The translations under genes were made by a program, and so were the position numbers. From assembly GCA_002104945.1 (NCBI GenBank), contig MCFH01000001.1:868001-932000 (forward strand): 64,000 bases of DNA, in the 5' to 3' direction. Origin of the DNA: Piromyces finnis finn (Eukaryota; Fungi; Neocallimastigomycota). The notes below the pieces were generated by a model that saw only the letters and a list, made by a program, of their open reading frames with translations, made no database searches and was not told where the DNA came from. Shown here piece after piece: positions 32,490 to 42,482 of the stretch (its first letter is position 1; each line of letters starts with the position of its first letter).

Positions 32490-32855
32490 TTCTGTGTAAA
32501 TCTCAGAGAGATTACCAATATAGTTTATAGGATAATGTAAAACCGGAAGGGTTTTCAATCCTTAATGGATGGTATAACAATTTATGAATATCCAATCCAA
32601 ATTTTAAACTTTAATACTACCAAATTATACAAAGGTTTTCAGTTTATCCATAAAAACGAAGTTATAGGGTAATATTTAAATTCTTTAAAGCAATTAGCGA
32701 ATAATATATGTGAAATATTTTAAATTCCAATTAATGAAATATAAAAATTTTAAACATTAGATTTAGTTTATAGTTAATAGTTTAGAAATAATAAAATGCA
32801 CATATTCACCAGCAAACCAAATTTTACTTAGTAGAAAATTAGGTTTGAGGGGGAA

Positions 32856-33073
32856 TGTTAGAATATGTGAAACGTTATGTCACATGTATTCAAATGTATT
32901 GAAATGTATTAAAACGTATTTGTATATATTTGTATTTAATTATATGTTTAAGCCACAATGTAAATGTATAAATACATGTAGTTTGAGAAGAATGTAACGC
33001 AAGTAGTTCTTTATCATAAAATATATTAATAAAGTTGACATAATTATAAACCTAAATTAAACAACTCATAATA
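32856..33073 (+). repeat. 3' LTR (218 bp)
   Basis: Follows the polypurine tract at 32847-32855 and is followed by the TSD TAATT. Confidence 0.9.
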
Positions 33074-33716
33074 TAATTTAATAAATATTAATAAAAGCCA
33101 AAAAAAACTATTTATTCCTTAAAAATTTTTATATTAATTATATATATATTTAATTTATATTTAATATATTGGTGTAACATTAATGTTGATATTTTTTTTT
33201 TTGGTAATCAAACCTTATAAATTCTATGTTTCTAGCCAATACACTTTTTCTTAAATCATTAATAAATATAGTACACAACCAAATAATAGATTGTATACAT
33301 GGTATTAATTGCTAATTTATTTAATTTAAATCTATTGTTTTATGATATAGCAATTGTTCAAAAAAACAATATAATAAGGTTTAAGGAGTCTTGATTCATT
33401 ATTAGAATTATTAAATGAGTGAAACCTAATTAATGTATGTTCTAGACTAAATTCTAAAAAAACTATATATTAATATTAAACAAATTAACTATTTCTATTT
33501 TAATATATTCAAAATATATATATATATAATAAATTTAAATATATAAATAAAACTATATAAATAGGCAAAAATCTTTTTTAAATTTTTTTAAAATTCAAAA
33601 ATTCTATTAAAAATAAAAATATAAAAAATTAAAATAATTAATAATAGGATTTTAATAAAAATTAAAAAAGCTTTTTTATTAGTACATCATAATATAAAAA
33701 ATATTGTATATATAAA

Positions 33717-35652
33717 ATGAAGTTCTTAAATATTATTTCTACATTATCTTTCTTAGCATTATCTGTTAATGCTGGATTTTGGGATAATGTCAACAGAACT
33801 GAACTTTTTTCAATAATGGAAGAAAGTGTCCCAGAAATGCGTATTACTTTACCAGAAAAGAAGTGGAAAAAGATGATTGAAGAAGGTCAAGTTGTTGAAC
33901 AAGAAGAAAAGTCTGAAACTGATTATGCTGCTAATTTAAAATTTATTTATGAAGGGTAATATATTTAAAATATATTTATTAAAAGTTTAATTAAAAAAAA
34001 AAAAAAAAAAAGAAAAACATCTAAATTAATATTTAATTAATTTATCAAACTTTAGAAAAGAAGAAAATTACGATATTTCTTTCAAGTTTGGTGGAAAATC
34101 TACTGCTACTTTTACTAAGCCAGGTTACAACATTAAAATTAAGGGTAGTGAAAATACTTTACATGGAACTAAAAATATTCGTTTAAGAAGCGATCTTCGT
34201 GACGCTTCTATGATGCGTTCTAAGGTTACCACTGATATTTTACAAAAGAGTGGTTTAATTGCTACTGAAGTTGGTTACACTGAATTATATATCAATGATG
34301 AATATATGGGTTTCTGGGTTGTTTCAGATTCTATTAAGAGTAAATGGATCCAAAGAAAGTTTGGTGTTTCTGAAGAACAAACTAAGCCATTATATCAATG
34401 TAGAGCTGATTTCATTAGATTAGATAATGGCTCTGCTAAGCAATTATGTGTTAATGCTAATGAAGAATACAAAGATTATATGGAACCATTCAACAATTTT
34501 GTTGATGCTGTTAATGCTGCTAAAACTAGAGAAGATTTAGAAAAAATCATGGATGTTGATAACTTCATTAAGTACCTTGCTTGGGAATACTTAATGGGAT
34601 CATGGGATCACTTCAGTAACGTTTATGGTCATAATATTTACTGGTACCAACAACCAAACGGTAAGTGGGTAATTATTCCATACGATCACGATATTGAATT
34701 AGGTCAAGAACTTTGGACTACTTATTGTAAGGGTACTGCTCCATACTGTGATTACGATGATGTTGATTTTGCTAGAGTTCCATACGATCAATTTGAAACT
34801 GGTCACCCAATTATTAGAACTTTAGTTCATAATGATGATACTAAGTTCCGTGAATGTCTTGGTGATATTGTTAGTAAGGTCTTCAATCCAGATACTATTT
34901 TAATTCAACTTGATAAGGTTAAGAAGTTAATTTCACCATACGTTAAGAGAGATAGAGATACTCTTGCTGGAAGAATCAATAAGAAGGGTAAAGAAATTAT
35001 TTACACTTATGAACACTTCCTTGGAAACACTGAATACACTTATGTCCATAATATTGTTAATACCGTAAGAGATTATGGTCTTAAGGATTGGATTCGTCGT
35101 CGTTACGAATATGTTGCTGCTTACTATGGTATTAATACTGAAGCTACTACTTCCGATAAGAAGCATAAGTTAATCGAACCAAGACCAGAACCAGTTATTT
35201 TACCATACAACCTTACTGTTACTTCTGAAAAGATTAATGATGATTACGCTTACCTTACTATTCAACCACCACTTCCAAAATACACTCCAGATAAGAACTA
35301 CGCTGATGACCGTGTTCCAGTTATTGGTGTTAATCAATACCTTCTTTCAAAGTCCGAAAACCCATCTAACCCATCTAAATGTTGGTCTGAAGCTTTTGGA
35401 TACAAGTGCTGTACTAAGGGATGTAAAACTATTGTTAATGTTATTGAAAATGGAAAATACTGGGGTGCTGAAAATGGTGAATGGTGTGGTATTCCAGATA
35501 ACTGTGAATTTGAAAAGGATGAATGCCCAGGTATCAAGTACGGTTATGAATGCTGTGAAAAATGTGATGTAGTTGAAACTGATGAACTTGGACAATGGGG
35601 TGCCATTAATGGTGAATGGTGTAGTATTAAGAAGTCTTGCAACAAGCAATAA
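33717..35652 (+). CDS. cotH: CotH-family kinase with signal peptide and two dockerins (paralogue 2, single intron 33956-34055)
   Basis: MKFLNIISTLSFLALSVNAG signal; FKFGGKS, GSWDH, IPYDHDIELG; two C-terminal dockerins (CWSEAFGYKCC...WGAENGEWCG; CPGIKYGYECC...WGAINGEWC). Confidence 0.93.
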
Positions 35653-36290
35653 ATTTAAAATATTTTATTATTACAATAAATTATGTTGTACTATCCGTAT
35701 AATTGTTTACAATTATAATAAATAGAATTATAGACAAAAACTTTAAAAAAAATAATTAATGAATATATTGTAGCGTTAGAAAATTTATGAATATATAAAA
35801 TAACGTTTTACAAATATATTATTAATTATTAAAAAGTTTTTACTAAACAAATATTATATATAAATATTACTAATATTTAATATTTAATTATATAAATTAT
35901 TATTAATATACAAATTATTAATAATCAAAAATTAAAAAAAAAATAAAGTAATTATATATATAAAATATAAATTATTTATATATATATTAATAGAATTTAT
36001 TTATTAATTAAAAAAATTATATAACTTATTAAAATCATAACTAATAGAACATCCACTTTATAATTTAAAAAAAAAACAAAAACAAAAAATATATAAATGA
36101 AAATAAATAAAAAAAAATAAAAGAATAATTACAAATAAAGTTTTAAACAATCAAAAAAAAAAAAAAAGGATAAATAATAACCGTTTTTTTTTTATTAATT
36201 TTATTTTTATATTTATTTATTTGAAATTTAATTTGAAAATTTTATTGATATGAAAGCTTATTTTTTTTTTTTAGCTATCATTGTAATCCC

Positions 36291-37071
36291 ATAAATGTAG
36301 TTTCTCAAGGGGGTCTACTCATGCTCATGGTACTGAGAGAGTAGAAAGAATTAAATCCAAGTATCGCGCAATGGATGCTTGGTGCCCTCTTGGAAACGTG
36401 CCTTCATTTATTTAATAAACGTAGTTTATCAAGGGAGTCTACTCATGCTCAACCTCTTGGGAACGTGCCTTCATTTATTTAATAAATGTAGTTTCTCAAG
36501 GGGGTCTACTCATGCTCATCCCTCTTGGGAACGTGCCTTCATTTATTTAATAAATGTAGTTTCTCAAGGGGGTCTACTCATGCTCATGGTACTGAGAGAG
36601 TAGAAAGAATTAAATCCAAGTATCGCGCAATGGATGCTTGGTGCCCTCTTGGAAACGTGCCTTCATTTATTTAATAAACGTAGTTTATCAAGGGAGTCTA
36701 CTCATGCTCAACCTCTTGGGAACGTGCCTTCATTTATTTAATAAATGTAGTTTCTCAAGGGGGTCTACTCATGCTCATCCCTCTTGGGAACGTGCCTTCA
36801 TTTATTTAATAAATGTAGTTTCTCAAGGGGGTCTACTCATGCTCATGGTACTGAGAGAGTAGAAAGAATTAAATCCAAGTATTGCGCAATGGATGCTTGG
36901 TGCCCTCTTAGGAATGTGCCTTCATTTATTTAATAAATGTAATTTCTCAAGGGGGTCTACTCATGCTCATGGTACTGAGAGAGTAGAAAGAATTAAATCC
37001 AAGCATTGCGCAATGGATGCTTGGTTAGTCTTCAAGGGAAAATTATTAGGACTAAGCTCATGGTACTGAGC
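36291..37071 (+). repeat. Higher-order tandem array at the LINE 5' end: module A (67-68 bp, about 8 copies) and module B (about 56 bp, 4 copies), 259-bp period
   Basis: Order: partial A, B, AAA, B, AAA, B, A, B, then a variant hairpin. The duplicated spurious ORFs at 36379 and 36638 are exactly 259 bp apart. Confidence 0.92.
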
Positions 37072-37668
37072 GATTAAAAAACATTTTATTCATCAAATTT
37101 AAGTATTTGATGAATAAGTGAATGTTTGATTTTTCAGGTAAGTTTGTATAGTATTTAATTAGAAGAGTAATACATTTTGTTGCTGTATTTTTTCTTTTAT
37201 TCATGTATTCATGTAGTACTACTCTTCTCTTGTAAGAATCCAATGTAGTCAACTTTAGCATTTGCATTGTACTTTTATATTCATGTAGCTATTGTTGTAT
37301 TGTTTCTTGTAAGAGACTGATTCACTCTACATCATGTAAAAATACTATTCACAAGCTTTCTGGTGTCGACATTCTTGATTCAAATTTTTTACCAATTTAA
37401 ATATTTAATGAAAAGTAAAGTCAAACAAGTTTAGTGTCAAAAAGCGAATCGAATTTACTAACAACAAACCAAAACTAGAATTTTTAAAGAAAATTTACAA
37501 CTAGAATTCAAAAAAAGAAACTTTAAACAAAGCATCGTAACAATTTTTGTACTATCCAGTACTTTTAAGAAGAGAGAGAGAGACAAATTTTTTTCCATAT
37601 ACGTTATATTTGTAATTTTTATTAGTATTTATTTTATATTCAATATTTTTTAATTAGAATTTATTATC

Positions 37669-40600
37669 ATGTCAGTCCTTTATTTTAAAGATAAGAATTA
37701 TATCAGACGTGGTACCCGGTCTTATGGTATCCCCTTAGATGATATTCGCTCCTTCTTTATCCGTGGTATTCGATCATGGTCAGTAAATATGCTATGGGAA
37801 AAACTCGAGGTTATTCTAGAAGATAAATTTAATTCAGTTATTAGTGTTAAATATTTTCAGACTTTCAATGATCACTTTTTCTTAGTCAAGGTTCATGGTT
37901 CATCAAAAGATTGTATTAAAATCTTACACATGTTAAAGAAGAAACTTTCAGTTACCTCAATTTCCTTTTCAGCTCGTAGTAGAAGGAATCACAAATACAC
38001 TTTTTCCACTCTCAAACGTAAAATTTTAGTTTCTAATAAACATCAACATTCTATTCAACAATCATTTCAACAATCAGTTCAACAATCAGTTCAACAATCT
38101 CATCAACAATCCGATCTTCAACAAGATCTTCAACAGGATCTTCAACAAGTTTCCCATCATGAAAATATTCCAGATCTACAGCAAACACAATTTCAATCTC
38201 AACATTCAACAATTAATTCTAATAGTTCTATCAACTCTGATAACAGTTCAATAGTTGATAGTTCTTCAGTTTCACAGCCATCTAGTAATAGTTCTACTTA
38301 TTCCTCTGATGCATCATCCATTAATAACGATGACTTTAATAATAATAATAATAGCAACGATTCTTCCTCATCCAACAAGCCTGATAACTTTTCTTTTTGT
38401 CTTAGTTGGAACACCAATGGGTGGAATCATGAAAAGAGAGATAGTATTAGCTATTTCACAGCTATTTTCAAACCATTATTCTTATGTTTCCAAGAAACTG
38501 GTAATGGTTCTGGATCGAATACAGATTATCCTTGTCGTGTTACTTTGCGAAACTATAGACACTTTTTCAAGAAAGCTGACGAATCAGTTCCGGGAATGAG
38601 AGGTTTATATTTAGGTTTTCACAATTCATGTCAAGCCTCACTTGAAAACTTCTCTGGAAAGTATATTATTTCTATTTATACTTTTAGTCTCTGGAATAGA
38701 TTCAAATGCTCGATTGGAAATGTTTATATGCCTCATAGTCATCACAACATCTATGTTGATCATGCAAAGTTAGAAGTTCGCTTGTGGTTACAAACTCATT
38801 CATCCCATCCATCGATTCTTGTTGGTGATTTTAATATGTCTAAAGTAAAATTATCCAACTGGTTATCAACTAATGGATTAGGAGATTGGGAAATTCTTCC
38901 GCTTAGAGGGTCTACTATCTCTTGGACTCGAGGTGATCAATCTTCCGACATTGACCATGCTCTTATCAATTCGAAGATGAAAGATCTTATTCACTCAGGA
39001 TCATTTATAAATAATTTTTATCCTGTATCAGACCATAAGCCACTTCTTATTAATGGTAAAATTATTCCTATGGAAGATTTTTCTAATGACTTTAATGTTC
39101 CTAAGAAAATTCTGAAATGGAATAGATTAAAATGTATTGAGGAAAAGGAATCTATTCTCAGTCATAATAAATTCCAAATACTTTCAGCAAAATTCAACGA
39201 TCCTAATGTTTCTACAGATGAACTTTCCAAAGAGTTTACTTCAACTGCTTTTTCAATTGCAGACGAGCTCAGTATTACCTCAGCAAATAATGTTATAAAG
39301 TCTTCATTTCATATTTCACAACAAATTTTTAATCTTCAAAAAATCAAAATGAAGTTGTATAAGAGATTTAAAAAAGAAAGAATTTATGATATAGATGAAT
39401 TTATTAAAAGAATTAAAATCTACCGTAAGCTCATTGATTACATCCACAAAAGATGTAATGAATTTAGGAAGCAAGAATATCTTCATTGGATTAAAACAGG
39501 ATGTGAGTATATGAAGAGTCATAATCCTAAGAAGGCCTGGAAATGGATCAAGAAAACTGCAAAAATTGGAAAAGATTCTTTCTTTATTGCTCAACCAATT
39601 AAAAATAAAAATGGAGAATTAGTTGTTGCTACGGAAGAACTACTAGATGTGTGGCATGATCATTTCGAAAATCTTGCATCAGACCCAAGTGGTGTAAGTC
39701 TTGATTTGGAGCATTGGTATGAAGAACCAACGAATAAACGTTTTTCACTTCCTATGCTTGATGAGTGGGATATCAACCAAGATATTAGTATTGATGAAGT
39801 CAAGTCAGCTATCCTCACTACTCCAAATTATAAAGCATCAGGTCCGGATGGTATTCCAATTGAATTTTACAAAGCATTAGTTCCATCAAGTAATGATTCT
39901 AATAATGCTACAGATAATAATTCTTCTGGTAATACTACTTCAGATAATGATGCTCATGGTTTAAATTTTATTCTTAAATTATTCAACCGTATTTGGGATG
40001 GAGATTTCCCCAACTCATGGAATGAATCCAGTATTGTTTCTATTCCTAAGAAGGGTGATTTGACAGATTGTGATAACTATCGAGGTATATCACTTATCAA
40101 TAATGGCATTAAGTTGATTTCCAAAATTGTCACCACTAGAATCTCAGAATATGGTTTAAAGAATAATTTCATTAGACCTGAACAATTTGGTTTTCGAAAA
40201 AAGGAAGAAAGTATTAGTCTTTTCATTTCAATCCAAGAAATATGCCGTAGACGTCAATTAGATAATAAAGAGACATATTTGGCCTTTTTAGATCTCAGGA
40301 AAGCATACGATTCAGTCCCAATCGGTAATATTCTCCATAAATTAGATTGTTTAGGAATCCGAGGTAAGAGTTTACAATTTATCAAAAATTTATATTTAAC
40401 ATCTAAGGCTAATGTCAAATTAGATGGACAATTCTCGAAATCTTTTGATGTGAAGAAAGGAGTCCGTCAAGGTTGCCCTCTTTCTCCTATTCTCTTTAAT
40501 CTCTTTATTAATGATATATTTAGAGAGTGCGAAGATCTAGGAGTCAGTTTAGGTGACACTCGATGCTGTGGTGGACTTTTTGCAGATGATATAGTTATTT

Positions 40601-42204
40601 GTGCTCCAACAAGAGGATGCTTAAAAAAGATGCTTAGAAGAGTTAATGAATGGGCATTGTATAATGAAATGGAATTTGGTATCCAGAAATGTTCAACGAT
40701 GGTGATTCGTCCTGAATCAATAGAAAATCAGAACAAGAGAGATCCAACATTTTACTTAGCAGGACAACCCATTCCAACTACTGATTGTTATACTTATCTT
40801 GGTGTTCCATTTGATAAGAATCTGTCCCTTAAACCAGTAATTAAAGCTCTTAATAACAAGGTTTTGAAAGGGCTTTTCTCAGTCAGTAAATTCTTAAGAA
40901 ATCCTAATATTCCTATTCCTTTCAAAAAACTAGTACTTAACTCACAAGTGATTAGCAGAGTTTCATACTTTGCACCATTACTTGGATCCAACAAAGCTAG
41001 GTCTAGGATTGCTCAGAAGCATGTTAACAAAGGAATACGATGGGTTGCCGGAGTTCATAAAGCTGTATCGTTTATATCTTTATACTCTATTTCAAAAGAT
41101 TTGAATATTCCTCCATTGTCAGCCAAATGTGCGTTAGCTCAGGTTAGATGTTTTAACAAATGGAAAAACTCAAATTGTATTATCTCACACCTTGTCAATT
41201 ACATTCCTAAATTTAGAAAATACACGTGGTGCAAATCAAGTAGGACACTTGATAAAAAATTAAAGAAACATGGAGATGTTAAAGCAGTTAAAAACTTTTA
41301 TTGGAAAGATCTCAAAGGGAATTCAATCAAAGCGCAATATTATGATGATAATAAATTTATTGAAACTAAAGATTTTATTAAATTATGTTATGAGTACCCA
41401 GAGTTTGCCTATGGCTTCTACTGGCTATTGAAAGCAAGAAGCGGATACAAGTTGGATGCTAGAGTTGCCAAAGCTGCCAAATTTGTTGATCCAGTTTGTC
41501 CTAACTACTGTCCATGTTGCAAGTGTGGAGATCAAAGTATTAAACATTGGTTATTAGATTGTCCAACATTTAGAGATATCCGTATTAAACATTATGATTC
41601 TATAGTCCAGCTATTAAATTTTTTCAGTCAACGTAATTCCAATAGTCCTATCAATAATAATGAAATTGATAATATCAGTAGAGATAGTAATAACATTAAT
41701 ACTAATAGTAACAATAGTAGTAATAACAATAGTAATAGTAACAATAGTAATAGTAACAATAGTAATAATAACAATAATAGAAATAATAATATTAGTAATG
41801 ATAGCAATAGTGAAGATAATAATTCTAATTTAGATAGTAATTTAGTTAATGATAGTAATAGTTCTAATAATCCGGTGAATATTAATGTGTATGATTATTC
41901 TAGTGTGTGCAGTAAAATATTTAAATTCCTTCTTGGGGGAAGAAGTTTTAACAATATTAATTACAATTCAAGGGAATGGAAAGAACTTTGTAAGCGTCAG
42001 ATTCAATCTGGTACTAACGAAGGAACACCATTCTTGACGGTAACCGCGGAACTTCTAACCAAAATCATGCCTTTTGCTATTGGCCAGCAATGGTCAATGT
42101 TCAAAAGGTTTGAAGCAACATCCAAGAGCGTCAATGCTGAAGAAACAGTAAGACAGGCCAGGAGGGCCAGCGCAACCAATGGAGATCATAATTTTGTTCC
42201 ATGA
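37669..42204 (+). CDS. LINE polyprotein: AP endonuclease, reverse transcriptase and C-terminal Cys/His zinc finger
   Basis: APE motifs SWNTNG, FQET, VGDFN, IDH, SDHKP; RT motifs GPDGIP, NYRGISL, EQFGFR, LDLRKAYDSV, GVRQGCPLSPILFN, LFADD, YTYLG; CPCCKC...IKHWLLDC. Confidence 0.96.
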   Translation: MSVLYFKDKNYIRRGTRSYGIPLDDIRSFFIRGIRSWSVNMLWEKLEVILEDKFNSVISVKYFQTFNDHFFLVKVHGSSKDCIKILHMLKKKLSVTSISFSARSRRNHKYTFSTLKRKILVSNKHQHSIQQSFQQSVQQSVQQSHQQSDLQQDLQQDLQQVSHHENIPDLQQTQFQSQHSTINSNSSINSDNSSIVDSSSVSQPSSNSSTYSSDASSINNDDFNNNNNSNDSSSSNKPDNFSFCLSWNTNGWNHEKRDSISYFTAIFKPLFLCFQETGNGSGSNTDYPCRVTLRNYRHFFKKADESVPGMRGLYLGFHNSCQASLENFSGKYIISIYTFSLWNRFKCSIGNVYMPHSHHNIYVDHAKLEVRLWLQTHSSHPSILVGDFNMSKVKLSNWLSTNGLGDWEILPLRGSTISWTRGDQSSDIDHALINSKMKDLIHSGSFINNFYPVSDHKPLLINGKIIPMEDFSNDFNVPKKILKWNRLKCIEEKESILSHNKFQILSAKFNDPNVSTDELSKEFTSTAFSIADELSITSANNVIKSSFHISQQIFNLQKIKMKLYKRFKKERIYDIDEFIKRIKIYRKLIDYIHKRCNEFRKQEYLHWIKTGCEYMKSHNPKKAWKWIKKTAKIGKDSFFIAQPIKNKNGELVVATEELLDVWHDHFENLASDPSGVSLDLEHWYEEPTNKRFSLPMLDEWDINQDISIDEVKSAILTTPNYKASGPDGIPIEFYKALVPSSNDSNNATDNNSSGNTTSDNDAHGLNFILKLFNRIWDGDFPNSWNESSIVSIPKKGDLTDCDNYRGISLINNGIKLISKIVTTRISEYGLKNNFIRPEQFGFRKKEESISLFISIQEICRRRQLDNKETYLAFLDLRKAYDSVPIGNILHKLDCLGIRGKSLQFIKNLYLTSKANVKLDGQFSKSFDVKKGVRQGCPLSPILFNLFINDIFRECEDLGVSLGDTRCCGGLFADDIVICAPTRGCLKKMLRRVNEWALYNEMEFGIQKCSTMVIRPESIENQNKRDPTFYLAGQPIPTTDCYTYLGVPFDKNLSLKPVIKALNNKVLKGLFSVSKFLRNPNIPIPFKKLVLNSQVISRVSYFAPLLGSNKARSRIAQKHVNKGIRWVAGVHKAVSFISLYSISKDLNIPPLSAKCALAQVRCFNKWKNSNCIISHLVNYIPKFRKYTWCKSSRTLDKKLKKHGDVKAVKNFYWKDLKGNSIKAQYYDDNKFIETKDFIKLCYEYPEFAYGFYWLLKARSGYKLDARVAKAAKFVDPVCPNYCPCCKCGDQSIKHWLLDCPTFRDIRIKHYDSIVQLLNFFSQRNSNSPINNNEIDNISRDSNNINTNSNNSSNNNSNSNNSNSNNSNNNNNRNNNISNDSNSEDNNSNLDSNLVNDSNSSNNPVNINVYDYSSVCSKIFKFLLGGRSFNNINYNSREWKELCKRQIQSGTNEGTPFLTVTAELLTKIMPFAIGQQWSMFKRFEATSKSVNAEETVRQARRASATNGDHNFVP

Positions 42205-42439
42205 CAAAATTTTGATCTTTGGCTCGGTGTCCCATTGGAAGTCAAATACAATTATTATACTTTAGTATGATAGTGGCTTTCTTACTTTAATTAAAATTAC
42301 TAGAATACATTATACCCAAATTTTATTCATTTGTGTTTATTTAAACATATTTTTTTTATTTTTATTTTTATTTTTATTTTTTATTACATGTATTATAATT
42401 TTAATTAAATTAATAATAAAGTTTAAAATATTTGATGCC

Positions 42440-42482
<43 letters not shown>

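Larger units (their letters stand above)
28417..33073 (+). mobile_element. Decayed non-autonomous Copia-like LTR retrotransposon, 4657 bp
   Basis: Direct repeats 28417-28633 and 32856-33073 (4 substitutions plus 1 indel), termini TG...TA, 5-bp TSD TAATT (28412-28416 and 33074-33078), and polypurine tract GAGGGGGAA immediately before the 3' LTR. Weak RT-like (KIIQLDI, 30352-30372) and RNase H-like (DQLADIL, 31398-31418) remnants lie in Copia order. Confidence 0.85.
36291..42477 (+). mobile_element. Apparently full-length, intact non-LTR (LINE) retrotransposon, single ORF, RTE/RTEX-like
   Basis: 14-bp TSD ATCATTGTAATCCC at 36277-36290 and 42478-42491, poly(A) tail at about 42443-42477, uninterrupted APE-RT ORF and a 5' tandem array. 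Confidence 0.93.

Noticed and set aside
36329-36350. CTGAGAGAGTAGAAA as a hammerhead ribozyme core
   Set aside because: Does not fit CUGANGA, no stem II between the two boxes, and no flanking stems with an NUH site could be built.
36379-36862. Two identical 74-aa ORFs
   Set aside because: By-products of the 259-bp repeat period in the LINE 5' array; non-ATG starts and no protein-like signal.
36291-37071. CRISPR-like appearance of the LINE 5' array
   Set aside because: No unique spacers, no cas genes, eukaryotic context; units are contiguous modules inside a TSD-bounded LINE.
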